Source: Chiloscyllium plagiosum (lineage: Eukaryota). From it: a stretch of DNA of 64,000 bases. The stretch's first letter is position 1; each line of letters begins with the position of its first letter. Where the stretch lies: positions 2,059,199 to 2,123,198 of the forward strand of contig NC_057752.1 in the NCBI RefSeq assembly GCF_004010195.1. Direction: 5' to 3'. Both the position numbers and the translations under genes were made by a program. This document shows, piece after piece, positions 1 through 11,578 of this stretch. A model generated the notes under the pieces. It ran no database searches. It had not been told where the DNA came from and saw only the letters and a list, made by a program, of their open reading frames with translations.

Positions 1-333
1 GTTGGAGTGGGTGAGAGGGGTGGGGGAGTTCAGGTGGCGGTTAATATCGCGGCGGCAGTTGGCTATGAAGAGGTCGAGGGCAGGTAGGAGGCCAGCACGG
101 GGTGTCCAGGTGGATGGGGTGTGTTGGAGGCGGGAGAAGGGGTCGTCAGAGGGTGGGCGAGAGTCTTGGTTGAAGAAGTAGGCACGGAGGCGAAGGCGGC
201 GGAAGAATTGTTCAATGTCACGCCGCGTGTTGAACTCATTAATCCGAGAGCGTAGGGGAATGAAGGAAGGTGAGGCCTCTGCTGAGGACTGATCTTTCAT
301 CCTCAGAGGGTTAGGTCTGGAGGGATGGTGAAA
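1..333 (-). mobile_element. Penelope-like (Neptune-type) retroelement, N-terminal ORF fragment
   Basis: Minus strand translates as SEDERSVLSRGLTF/IPLRSRINEFNTRRDIEQFFRRLRLRAYFF...STWTP...THSN, the region typically preceding Penelope RT; one frameshift. Confidence 0.8.
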
Positions 334-335
334 TC

Positions 336-870
336 CTGAGCTTTATCAACAGGATATAGAGTACAAAAGCAGGAAGTTATGTAAACTTACATAAAATATG
401 GGTTTGGCCTCAACTGGAGTATTGTGTCCAGTTCTGGGCTTGCCACTGTAGGAAGGATGTGAAAGTATGAGAAAAAAGTGCAGAAAAGATTAATGAGAAT
501 GGGCCCGGGGTGAGGAACTTCAATGACGTGGATAGATTGGAGACGTTCGGACTGTTCACCTTGGAGAAGAGAAAGTCTGAAAGGAGAATTGATTGAGGTG
601 TTCAAAATCATGAGGGGTCTGGACACAGAGAGAAACTGTTCCCATTGATGGAAGGTTTGAGAATTAGAGGGTAGTGATTTATAGCAATTGACAAAGTATG
701 GAGTGGCTACATGAGGGAAAACGTTTTCATGCAGCAAATGGTTGGGACCTGGAGTGCACTGCCTGAAACTGTGGTAGAGGCAGGTTCAACTGAGGCAATC
801 AACAAGAGAATTATTTGGAAAAGAAAAATCCATAGGCCTCCAAAGAAAAGGTTTTGTGAGTGACGCTAGG
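336..870 (+). mobile_element. CR1-type LINE 3' fragment, split by the ERV and resuming at ~7799-7860
   Basis: CTGGAGTATTGTGTCCAGTTCTGG (LEYCVQFW) ORF2 end; the 3' UTR continues on the far side of the provirus. Confidence 0.8.
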
Positions 871-1446
871 TGAAGATCTGAGCCCCGGGGGCGGGGTGTC
901 TCTCGATTCCGTGATAGGTCAATAAACACTCACAATCGGTCAGACTGTTAAGACTTCACTATTTAATTCCATGTGGCCAGGTACACAACGTCTGGAAACA
1001 CTGAAGTTATGTACTTCCATATCCCTCGGAGGAACTGCACACACTGGCCTAATACAGAGGCATTGTTATACTTTTCTTAAAGCAGATCATAAGGCATGAT
1101 CACATAGTAAATTCAGACAATTACCAATCAATATATGATATCACTTCATTGATAGTTGCTTGATCCAATGATATTAACTGGTAAACAACTTGGGTCATAA
1201 CATTAGGTCTTTTTTATCTTGTATTACAAAGACCTGCAGCTGTGAAGAGTGTGGTTAGCATTCCTCATTTTAAATCGGTCTACTTCTGCATTCTAGTGGT
1301 TGGTTATTTATGTAGCTTTAGAGACTAGCTGCAACTAGTCATGTAGGCGCAGGGAACTATTTTGTCTCGAGCTGCAACAGTCATATAGGCATAGATCATG
1401 AGCCTCCATGTTCTAACTCAGCCTGCATTCAGGTTTCAGACTCTCA
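871..1446 (-). repeat. ERV 3' LTR (576 bp)
   Basis: Runs TGAAGATC...GACTCTCA on +; homologous to 6753-7794; minus-strand ATTAAA and TATAA-like motifs. Confidence 0.95.
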
Positions 1447-1460
1447 TCTCCCCACTTTGG
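1447..1460 (-). other. Polypurine tract
   Basis: Minus strand CCAAAGTGGGGAGA abuts the TG of the 3' LTR. Confidence 0.85.
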
Positions 1461-1528
1461 TCATTCCATGATCACACCATAGGGCGGGAGGGCAAAGATC
1501 AGTCTAATTGGATGGACGCCACAGCCTG

Positions 1529-3560
1529 TCATGCTTCCTCTTCTTTCAGGGAGGAAGGGGTGGGCAACTGTCTCTCCTCATCCTCACACGGGGCAGCATC
1601 AGGACTGAGGAGGAGCACTCTGAGGGGAGCCGATGTTGCTAATAAATTATAATTGCTAAGCTAATAAATTCTAACAATACCAATACCAACAAAATAACAA
1701 AGTAAAATAATACCAATATATATTGCCAGATTGATCAACCAGTCATACCATGAGCCAAAACCCCAATCTCCCCAGTCAGTGCCTTCTGTCAAGGAACACC
1801 TGGATCTCATCCTGTATCTTAGTAATATTGCCAGTGTGATTGGGAATGCCCATAGGGCCATTGTCTCGGACAATAGCACAGACCCCAGCTTCCCGGGCTA
1901 GTATATAGTCTAAGGCGTACCAATTCTGCATAGAGTAAAGGCGCCGATCTGATAATCCCAGTTTAATCTGTTCTAGAGTTTCATTGGTCTTATATCCTAG
2001 AATGGTCAGACCGCAGATGAGGTAATTGCGGTTCATTTGATTTATTTCCCCCCGCCGATCCACCCAAACTCAGGGTACTCAGGACTCCCCAGTCTATCAA
2101 GTGTCCTGTATTGTCACCCAGTCCCTTGGGATCCTTCCAGTTGGAGCAAACGTCAGCTGAGACTGACCGCTGCATCCTCCTCAGATGAAGATTCCACCAA
2201 CTTGCCAGGACAAGGTACTGTTGTGGGAACAAGGGCTCCAGTAGCAACCTTATGGGGAACGACTTTGCTATCAAGAACAAGAAATTGGTAGCTTTACCTT
2301 GGCTGAAGAAATAATAGTCTGGTTTGGGGAGGGTTTGTTAAAATAGGTTACTGAAGTGATACAGCAGGGGTTTTGGTCAGGTCTACAGGACTAAAGGGAT
2401 GACATTTTGCTAGAGGCGTCGTTTGAGCACCATAAAAAAAAATGGACAAGGTGACTGTTGAGTGCTCGCACTGTATGGTAGACAATGGTCCTCAAAATTC
2501 TGTTCCCATTTGGGTCTCCCTTCACTCTATTGCACGTGGGCTTGGCGACAGTATCAGGTTCGGAAAAGGAAAAAGACCTATAAAAGCGCAAGGGAAGGGT
2601 TCAGTTCCGGGTCCGTACATGGAGATGGTTATAGTTACTTATGCCGCATAAGGCTTGTTGTCCCCCAGCCAGTGGAATGCAAGCTGTTTGTATACACGGG
2701 CAGGAGGTATAAGGGCCCTTTGTCTTACATGAGTGGGCGGGACAAGTCTCAAATTAGGCAGGTGATGTTACGTGGAACATGAACAATTGCACACCCATAC
2801 CCGGTTCCATTAAAGCAATTCTCATACGACCCTGCAGTAGAGTTAAAAGACGTCAGCAAACACATGGCAGGAGGGCTAATACAGTATTGGAAAGTGATAT
2901 TTCTCTGCAGAGGGTCAGCAGTAGGAAGTCTGATGAATAGATTGGGATCGAAGGACTGGACGCGTCAAATAAGTCATCTACCAATAGAGAAGAGTAACAT
3001 ACACTGATTCTGGGGGAAAGAGTGTTCAGTGGGCCTGTATAAATAAGCTGTTTGTGGATTGAGGAGTTTCCCCTATCAGGCTTCTCTTTTCTCAAGTAGG
3101 TCCGTCCTGCAAAAAAGGGATGGTGTTCCCGGGCCTCCTTAAAACATTTACCATAATAACGGGGATTGATCATTTTTATCCTCACTAGGCGTATGTCTGC
3201 AGGGAAAATCAAAAAGAGAGGTTCGGTAACGACATGGTAGTTGACACTGATTTCTACTCTCCAGATGGACCATACAGTCTTTCTGATGTAAGAGTCCATT
3301 GCAATAATCAATCTTTGTCACATTCCACATGTTAAAGGCTTCTGGTCCAGTGCACTGGATGACATCTCCTTGGCATAGGTGGTGGATAGTCTCGGATCGT
3401 TCTGGATCGCATCGATGCTTAGTGGTTTTCCCCATCAGGATGTCGTACATGATCAAACAGGTCAGTAAGTAGGCAATCCCCCACGTCTCTCCACTTAGTT
3501 CAAGTATCTGTAATAAGAATAGCATTAAAACAACAGCAAGATTCAACAACCCAAATAGAC
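1529..3560 (-). pseudogene. env: Retroviral env, frameshifted and with stops
   Basis: Hydrophobic N-terminus (3148-3549 ORF), Cys-rich SU, RRMQR furin-like site, immunosuppressive-domain-like MQNWYALDYILAREAGVCAIV, TM helix WLINLAIYIGIILLCYFVGIGIV; in-frame tail continues past the TAG at 1661 to TGA at 1529. Confidence 0.9.
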
Positions 3561-3599
3561 AGGATCTTGGTTTCCTCAGATTCCAGTATTGTCTACTCC

Positions 3600-4907
3600 T
3601 CTTCCCCCCTTTTGATTGGTACGGCCAATCAATTTACAATGGTACAGGTGGACCCAAGTTGAGCGACCAGCGACTTTGACCACCGTAGGGGTGGTAGGTA
3701 AAACCTGGAAGGGAGACCCTTGCGAGTCCAATTCTTGACGAGCACAAATGAACCAGGCTCCACCCATGACGAGGCTGAAAGGGAGGGAACATCGTCATAG
3801 GCCTCGTGCACCTGGGAGTGAAAGGCACGCATAATGTTAGTTAGAGCAAGAACATAACCAATCATTTTTTTGGTTACATGGTGGAAGTGGACTGAGGAGG
3901 CAGCCGAATTGTTCCAAGGAGTACAGAGCAGGTGACCATATTGAATCTCAGCTGGAGACAGTCATGTGTTGCCCACAGGTGTGGATCACATCTGGAATAA
4001 GGCCACAGGGAGCACCATAACCTAGGAGAGGACATTATCAGCCATTACTTTGGCACGTTTAGTCTTAAGAGTCTGGTTAAAACGTCCAGCAAGGCCGGCA
4101 GCCTGAGGACAATAAGCCCAATGCAGACACCGACGAATAGAAAGCTGGGAACAGAGTTCTTCTTTCATATTACCCACAAAGTGTAGCCCATTGTGCCAGC
4201 TAACGCACGCAGGTATACCAAAGAGAGGAATAATTTCCTGAAGCAAATTCTTCACCACAGTCTCAGCAGTAGCGTTAGTAGTAGGGGAGGCTTCAATCCA
4301 CTTAGAAAAGGCATCAACAATAACCAAAACATATTTATAACATTGGCATTTACTCAACTCAATGTAGTCCAGTTGGAGTATCTCAAAACGGCTGTTAGGT
4401 GAAGGGTATGTTCCCCTGGTCACAGGGAATGCCCTTGCTGGGGTTATGCTCCAGACAGATCGAGCAACGGTTACTAACCCTCTGAGCCAACAAACCGCAG
4501 GCGGGGATGCCAGCACGTGCTCAGAAGTCACTGACCGCTCTGGCACCACAATGAGTTGTGCAATGAACACTCACTAACCCAGAGAACAAGACCATCAGAC
4601 ATACAAGTTTGACCCGTGGAGTAGTCCAGGGTTGAGCATCAGGGTCATACAAACAGTCCAACTCAGACCATAACAGCTTATCAGTATCAGGGGCATTCCC
4701 CCTGAAGTTTAACAACATCTTTGATGGTTGGCATTAATTCATTTGAAGGAGACTGGTTTTTATTCGAGGCTGCCTCATCATTCTGGGCACAACCATAAGA
4801 TTCACTTTCAAGGCTGCTTTGGCAGCCGCATCTGCCAAATGGTTGCCAATGTCAACTAAACTTTTGCCATTACTATGGGCAGTACATTTGATAAATTTAA
4901 TCAGCTG
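3600..4907 (-). pseudogene. pol: Retroviral pol 3' part: RNase H C-terminus and integrase
   Basis: IKCTAHSNGKSLVDIGNHLADAAAKAA (RNase H end, ~4810-4905); LQLDYIEL..YVLVIVDAFSKWIEA..PQAAGLAGRFNQTLK (rve core); PFQVLPTTPTVVKV..STWVHLYHCK (gamma/epsilon IN C-terminus). Confidence 0.92.
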
Positions 4908-4984
4908 TAAAATTTGTTAATGAGAACCTCTTGATCTGTCTTCCTTTTCCCTTTTTATTTTGGAACATTCAGTTTTGCTCCTCC

Positions 4985-5270
4985 CAAAGCCTCCCAACTC
5001 ATCTACGCTCTCTGTATTGCAAGAGTACTATTCCAAAATCCAGTGTTGAGTGACCCAGAATTTCTTCAAATCAAACTCTGGAAATTTTAAGCCATCAACC
5101 ACTGTCAGGCTGCAGTTTTTATCTTGGTACTTGAAGTCCCAGCTTCACATCCTTTCGATCAGAGGTTGTTCACTTGCACCTCTGCCTCTTTCCTCAGTCA
5201 TTTGTCACTGAAACTGCTGTACATTACACCTTTGTCACTTGCAGACTTGACGGTTTTGATACTTTCCCAG
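4985..5270 (+). mobile_element. Highly degraded L2 LINE RT fragment inside the ERV
   Basis: CAGAATTTCTTCAAATCAAAC (NFLQLN-like) and GAAACTGCTGTACATTACACCTTTGTCACTTGCAGACTTGAC (ETAVHYTFVTCRLD, compare L2 ETLIHAFVTSRLD); opposite strand to the virus. Confidence 0.65.
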
Positions 5271-5349
5271 GTATGGTGTCAACTCAGCAGTGAGTCCTAG
5301 TTGTTTATCAAACAGTATCCCCACTGTGCTACATTGTCTTTTGACTTAA

Positions 5350-5906
5350 ATGGAATTTGATGGGACCTTCAATGTAGATTCATTCCCCCCTTGGAAGTAT
5401 CGATGTCCAATTATCAAGATCCATGTATTCAAAGTTTCCCTCATTAATTTAAGGCCAACCATTGAACTGTGCAGTTCTTTAGTATTGTCATTACATTTAC
5501 TGTACACAGAGATCTCTCAGATTATAACCTTTTCTCATGTGCACATTCCTTTTCAAGAACTACAACTGGTTTAAGAATACCCCCTCCGATCAATTTGATG
5601 CCCAATTTTGTAGCATTTTCATACCAAGAGGCTAGTAAAGAATTATCTTTAATTTCCTAACAATATTGGATGCCAAAGTCCAATTAATTTTTACTTTTTG
5701 AGTCCATATTTTTTTCAAATTTGCTGTTGGGCTGACTTCACCATGTCTAAATTCTTCAGGCCTCCCAATGGCCATTGTTCATCGCCCAATTCTTTGTTTG
5801 GGTCAACAGACAACTGTCTAAAACTTCAGACTTTTTCTAGATATTTATCACATACCGCCTGCAAAGAACAACCTTTCTCAACAGTCGAATCTATATAATT
5901 TCCCAT
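5350..5906 (-). pseudogene. gag: gag 5' remnant (matrix region)
   Basis: ATG at 5906 gives MGNYIDS (possible myristoylation Gly2); nearby frame gives EQWPLGGLKNLD, resembling the gamma/epsilon matrix WPxxG motif; several stops; 3' limit uncertain. Confidence 0.65.
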
Positions 5907-6654
5907 TATTTCTTATTTTCAAAACAATTTAAAACAGATAAATATTTCAACAGATACAGCAACACAATATTAAAAGACTTCTTAAAAGTGAATTTAAATC
6001 TTTAAAATGCAATTTTCAAATCAAATTTAAATGTCTAAACCACAATTTCTTTAATCAAGACACAGGAAAATATACAACTGGAATGGATTTTAACTCAACA
6101 AGATTTTCTTCCCAAATTTATATTGATTTACTTGCTCTTCAATTATGTACGTATATCCTTGGGACCTAAAACTTTTACCTTATATTCCTATTCGTCCAAG
6201 TAACTCAGTTCCTACAAGTTTTTCTCTCAGCAATCTGCCTTTAATGAACAAAATTCACAACCTCTCAGTCATTTCCTTTATGACTAATTGATCATAGAAG
6301 TCAGTGTCCCGTCAGTATTCTGTTTTGGAACCCGGACCACCTTTTGTATAGTCCAAGTATATCATCGACTTAGTGTCCTGTCAGCATTCCATTTCGGAAC
6401 CTGAACCACCTTGTGTCTCAATTTAGACACCACGTATAATTCTAAACTTATAATCTTTGAGCCTTTTCTGTTTTTTAAACATTTCTCTCAAATAAGTCTG
6501 ACTTGTGTCTAATTCTTTGAACCACTATTCTACGTCAAAACGTTTGCATATGTAAATTTCTGTGACCGATTATTTGTCTAGTTGGATCAAGACCAACGTC
6601 AGCGAAGGGTCGAGACCATCCCGAAATAAGAGAGGAAAACCAAACGGAGAAAAT

Positions 6655-6660
6655 ACTCAC
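6655..6660 (-). promoter_or_regulatory. Putative major splice donor in the ERV leader
   Basis: Minus strand GAT|GTGAGT about 75 nt downstream of the PBS. Confidence 0.5.
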
Positions 6661-6732
6661 ATCCGGGTGACCAATTCCTCAACATGGAGAACTCAAGGTT
6701 CTTACGCCACTGTCAATAGTCTGTCCGCACTA

Positions 6733-6750
6733 AGTCGAGTCACGGTACCA
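6733..6750 (-). other. Primer binding site, tRNA-His-like
   Basis: TGGTACCGTGACTCGACT, 2 nt from the LTR; 15/18 match to the tRNA-His PBS TGGTGCCGTGACTCGGAT. Confidence 0.8.
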
Positions 6751-6752
6751 AA

Positions 6753-7794
6753 TGAAGATCCGAGCCCCCCCTAGGGGTGTCTCTCGGTACCGTGATAGGT
6801 CAATAAACACTCATAATCGGTCTGACTATTAAGACTTCACTATTTAATTCCATGTGGCCAGGTACACAACGTCTGGAAACACTGAAGTTATGTACTTCCA
6901 TATCCCTCGGAGGAACTGCACACACTGGCCTAATACAGAGGCATTGTTATACTTTTCTTAAAGCAGATCACAATAAACACTCATAATCGGTCTGACTGTT
7001 AAGACTTCACTATTTAATTCCATAAGGCTGGGCACAGAACGTCTGGAAACACTGAAGTTATGTACTTCCATATCCCTCGGAGGAACTGCACACACTGGCC
7101 TAATACAGAGGCATTGTTATGCTTTTCTTAAAGCAGATCATAAGGCATGATCACATAGTAAATTCAGACAATTACCAATCAATACATGATATCACTTCAT
7201 TGATAGTTGCTTGAGCCAATGATATTAACTGGTAAACAACTTAGGTCATAACGGTTAGGTTTTTTTTTATCTTGTGATATAAAGACCTGTGGCTGTGCAG
7301 AGGATGGTTAGCATTGGGTGGCATGGTGGCTCAGTGGTTAGCACTACTGCCTCATAGCACTAGGGTCCCAGGTTTGATTCCAGCCTTGGGTGACTGTCTG
7401 TCTGGAGTTTGCATGTTATCTGTGTGGGTTTACCCACAGGTGTTCTGGTTCCCTCCCCCAGTCCAATGATGTGCAGGTCAGGTAAATTAGCCATGCTAAA
7501 TTGCCCATAGTGTAAGGTGTATTAGTCAGAGGGTCTGGGTGGGTCTCTTTTCAGAGGGTTGGTATGGACTTGTTGGGCCGAAGGGCCTGTTTCCACACTG
7601 CAGCGAATCTAATCTAATTTTATCAGTCTACTTCTGCATTCTAGTGTTTGGTTATTTATGTAGCTTTAGAGACTAGCTGCAGTTAGTCACATAGGAGCAG
7701 GGAACCATTTTGTCTCAAGCTGCAATAGTCACATAGGCATAGGTCATGAGCCTCCATGTTCTAACTCAGCCTGTATTCAGGTTTCAGACTCTCA
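6753..7794 (-). repeat. ERV 5' LTR with a 170-bp tandem duplication and a SINE insertion
   Basis: Homologous to 871-1446; duplicated units 6801-6970 and 6971-7140. Confidence 0.93.
7316..7618 (+). mobile_element. HE1-type tRNA-derived V-SINE inserted in the 5' LTR
   Basis: A box TGGCTCAGTGG, B-box-like GGTTTGATTCC, V-domain GATGTGCAGGTCAGGTAAATTAGCCATGCTAAATTGCCC, LINE-like tail and (AATCT)n; absent from the 3' LTR. Confidence 0.88.
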
Positions 7795-8119
7795 TAGGTA
7801 CCTTGCTTTGGAGGGCCAGCTCAGACACAACCGGCTAACTGGCCTCTTTCTGTAATTCTCTGTTGCCAGGTCCTTGGGGCCAGAACCCTTACATTGATCT
7901 CTCTGGCTACTTGCTACTATTCACTTCAGAGCTGAGTAGGTTGGTTCTTTGATGGCCTCATGGTCCCCTGCAGAAAAAAATGGTTTTTCTCTCCCAGTTT
8001 CTCCTCCATGATCAAGGTCTCAACTGCTTCTTCCATGAATGTGGCTTCCTTGATCTGCCCTGGTGCTGCATTTGTTTGGTGCCCATGGCAGGATGGGAAT
8101 TGAACGGTAATTTGCTTCA

Positions 8120-8485
8120 GGATTAGGCTATTCAGCCCATTGAACCTGCTCCACCATTCAATAAGATCATGACTTCTACCTTTGCACCATTTTTCCACAC
8201 TATCTCCATTTTTTGTGGTATCTTTAATATGTAGAAATCTATTAGTCTCTGTCTTGCACATATTCAATGAGCCTTCACAGCTGTCTGAAGTAGAGAATTC
8301 TGAAGTTTTTCCACACTCTGAGTGAAGAAACCCCCCCTTATCTTAGTGCTAAATAGTCCTACTCGAGAACCCCTGCCCCAATCAAGCAGAAACATCCTTC
8401 CTGCATCGGCTCTATCAAGCCTCATTGAGATCACCTCTCATTTGTCTAAACTCTCAAGAATACAGGCCCACTTTCCTCAATTCCT
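8120..8485 (-). mobile_element. CR1 LINE 3' fragment
   Basis: Reverse complement of the CR1 ORF2 end and 3' UTR seen elsewhere in the window. Confidence 0.65.
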
Positions 8486-8678
8486 TTCTGTCTTCCTTTT
8501 AAGAGGGGCAGACAACTTCTTCAGGCTGGAGGCTTGCGAGAGCACACACTCACCTTTTATATTATTTGGCAACCCCTCTTTTGCCCGTAGAGTCAACTAT
8601 CAGTGTTGGCCACACTCAGAAGCACACTACCATCAGGTAATTGTTAACCCAAGCCTCAGCAGGGTACTTTACCTGGGG

Positions 8679-8902
8679 CAAAAGTGAGGACTGCAGATGC
8701 TGGAAACCAGAGTCTCGATTAGAGTGGTGCTGGAAAAGCACAGCAGGTCAGGCAGCATCCGAGGAGCAGGAGAATCGATGTTTCGGGCAAAAGCCCTTCA
8801 TCAGGAATGTCCTGATGAAGGGCTTTTGCCTGAAACGTTGATTTTCCTGCTCCTTGGATGCTGCCTGATCTGCTGTGCTTTTCCAGCATCACTCTAATCT
8901 AC
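8679..8902. mobile_element. Palindromic Penelope pLTR insertion with hammerhead motifs
   Basis: Inverted arms centred at ~8808; 13-bp TSD ACTTTACCTGGGG (8666-8678, 8903-8915); CTGATGAAGGGCTTTTGCCTGAAACGTT. Confidence 0.85.
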
Positions 8903-9145
8903 ACTTTACCTGGGGGCATTGTAACAGAGTATATATGTTTACATCCTACACATCGATGCAGGTAGCCAGTGATCCCTACTAGAAAGTCTATAAATCAATC
9001 AGGAATAGAATCCTTGCTTATTCCTTGCTTCCTCACCCATCTCCCCTTGTCCAGAACCATTGGGGGTTGCCCTTCTGCATTGCAAGGCATCCAAAATGCT
9101 GTTTCTCTGCCACTTGGTTAGATTATCTGGTGATAACTGCTGGAA

Positions 9146-9448
9146 TAGAATAGACAATAGGTGCAGGAGTAGGCCATTCTGCCCTTCGAGCCTGCACCAC
9201 CATTCAATATGATCATGGCTGATCATCCTTAATCAGTATCCTGTTCCTGCCTTATCTCCATAACCCTTGATTCCACTATCCTTGAGAGCTCTATCCAACT
9301 CTTTCTTAAATGAATCCAGAGACTGGGCCTCCACTGCCCTCTGGGGCAGAGCATTCCACACAGCCACCACTCTCTGGGTGAAAAAGTTTCTCCTCATCTC
9401 TGTCCTAAATGGTCTACCCTGCATTTTTAAGCTCTGTCCTCTGGTTCG
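9146..9448 (-). mobile_element. CR1 LINE 3' end
   Basis: ORF 9233-9499 contains RPFRTEMRRNFFTQRVVAVWNALP..SFKKELD. Confidence 0.88.
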
Positions 9449-9474
9449 GAAAATCGATTTGAAAACCTCAACAC

Positions 9475-9546
9475 TGCGACGGCCGGGAATCGAAGCCAAG
9501 TCAACTGCTTAGAAGGCAGCTATGCTTACGACTATACCACCATCCC
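9475..9546 (-). pseudogene. tRNA-Gly(TCC)-derived pseudogene, anticodon now TCT
   Basis: GGGATGGTGGTATAGTCGTAAGCATAGCTGCCTTCTAAGCAGTTGACTTGGCTTCGATTCCCGGCCGTCGCA is colinear with vertebrate tRNA-Gly-TCC; no CCA; T4 about 9 nt downstream; D-loop, T-stem and acceptor mismatches. Confidence 0.82.
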
Positions 9547-10120
9547 TCTGAAAACAGCCAATTTGCAGAATCACTATTAGATCACCTTGATTCCTGGAAT
9601 AAGCATTTAATTCAATTATTCATGAATAAATCAGGGAGCCACTCGATATTAAATCAACCATTCCACTGCCAACAAAAAGTAATTACATATCTAAATAAAA
9701 ATCTTGCCTTCTTCCAAAGATTCCTATCACATTTCAGGATGAAATCTCAGCAGTTCAACAAATCTCATTGGCTCCAATAAAACTAATTGAAACACGGCGG
9801 GGGGGGGGGAGGTGGGGGGTGGGTATCACTACTCATAGGAGATACAATTCAGAAACAATCCAACAAATAGTGAAAAAACAAAAAAACGAAAAACAGGAAT
9901 TTATTTCCTGAAAAAATGAATGGAAGAACTTTTGGCAACTCACCGAAATAGCAACAAAAGAAACAGCTGAGCAAGTACTGAAAATTATTCCCTGATAAAA
10001 TAGGATCGTGTACATGAAACAATGAGAATTGGAATGATGAATAGTGTGGTCTCCCATATTAAAAAAAAACAATAAAAAATATATAAAATAAAAATGTTTT
10101 TAGAAACGTATTGTTTTTCA

Positions 10121-11154
10121 GACTAGAGGCCTGGAGGCCACAAGGATCGGTGCTGGGTCCTCTACTTTTCGTCATTTATATAAATGATTTGGATGTGAGC
10201 ATAAGAGGTATAAGTAGCAAGTTTGCAGATGGCACCAAAATTGGAGGTGTAGTGGACAGCAAAGAAGGTTACCTCAGATTACAACAGGATCTGGACCAGT
10301 TGGGTCAATGGGCTGAGAAGTGGCAGATAGAGTTTAATTTAGATAAATGCGAGATGCTGCATTTTGGGAAAGCAAATATTAGCAGGACTTATACACTTAA
10401 TGGTAAGGTCCTAGGGAGTGTTGCTGAAAAAAAGAGACCTTCGAGTGCAGGTTCATAGCTCCTTGAAAGTGGAGTCGCAGGTAGATAGGATAGTGAAGAA
10501 GGCGTTTGGTATGCTTTCCTTTATTGGTCAGAGTATTGAGTACAGGAGTTGAGAGGTCATGTTGCGGCTGTACAGGACATTGGTTAGGCCACTATTGGAA
10601 TATTGCGTGCAATTCTGGTCTCCTTCCAATTGGAAGGATGTTGTGAAACTTAAAAGGGTTCAAATATGATTTACAAGGATGTTGCCAGGGTTGGAGGATT
10701 TGAGCTATAGGGAGAGGCTGAATAGGCTGGGGCTGTTTTACCTGCAGCATTGGAGGCTGAGGGGTGATTTTGTAGAGGTCAATAAAATCACGAGGGGCAT
10801 GGATAGGATAAATAGAAAAAGTGTATTTATTTATTCCCTGGGGTAGGGAAGTCCAGAACTAGAGGGCATAGGTTTAGGGTGAGAGGGGCTAGATATAAAA
10901 GAGACCTGAGGGGCAACTTTTTCACGCAGAGGATGGTGCGTGTATGGAATGATCTGCCAGAGGATGTGGTGGAGTCTGGTACAATTACAACATTTAAAAG
11001 GAATCTGGATGGGTATATGAATAGGAAGGGTTTGGAGGGATATGGGCCGGGTGCTGGCAGGTGGGACTAGATTGGGCTGGGATATCTGGTCGGCATGGAC
11101 GGGTTGGACCAAAGGGTCTGTTTCTGTGCTGTACATCTCTATGACTCTATGACT
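10121..11154 (+). mobile_element. HER1/CR1 LINE, 5' truncated
   Basis: [28 protein letters not shown] motifs; (ATGACTCT)n tail. Confidence 0.92.
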
Positions 11155-11360
11155 GTAAAAGCACTAAACTATGAAATGTATATGATAAAATATAATGATG
11201 ACACCTAAAAAGCATTAAATTTAAATGACAATCACCTTTAAAATCTATTCAGTTACATCAGATACAGGTACCAATTGTCAATCATATAATTGGTGCTCTT
11301 AACCTTTGCAGATGTCTCCCACTTTTATTCTAAAAACGTCGAGTGAAGACATTGTAACCA

Positions 11361-11578
11361 CAGTCATTTATTCTATCGCGCGATAGTTGCATTCCTGTGC
11401 GACCCCGCGCTATAGAAGAATTGCACAGCACAAATAACACTCATCGTGTTGGCGATGGAATCACATTATAACCAGCACACTTTTAAAGGTTCGTGCTTTA
11501 GAAACAGCGTCCCCTATTCGTCAATCGCGTGACAGCAATTCACGTTGACAAAATGGACATTGTAGCAGAATGCCCTGT
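11361..11578. mobile_element. Tc1/pogo(Tigger)-like MITE, related to 44102-44322
   Basis: CAG...CTG degenerate terminal inverted repeats; shared core GCTTTAGAAACAGYGTCCCCWATTCGTCAATC. Confidence 0.55.

Larger units (their letters stand above)
871..7794 (-). mobile_element. Defective endogenous retrovirus (class I, epsilon/gamma-like): LTR-gag remnant-RNaseH/IN-env-LTR
   Basis: Two homologous LTRs with TG...CA ends, 4-bp TSD TAGG (867-870 and 7795-7798), PBS, PPT, and recognisable RNase H, integrase and env motifs. Confidence 0.95.

Noticed and set aside
5907..6732. Possible accessory ORF in the ERV leader (as in WDSV orf C)
   Set aside because: No minus-strand ORF of 60 aa or more; only AT-rich sequence and a ~41-bp imperfect direct repeat (6303, 6372)
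9797..9823. G-rich run with G-quadruplex potential (also 50585-50612)
   Set aside because: Short homopolymer-type tract with no functional context
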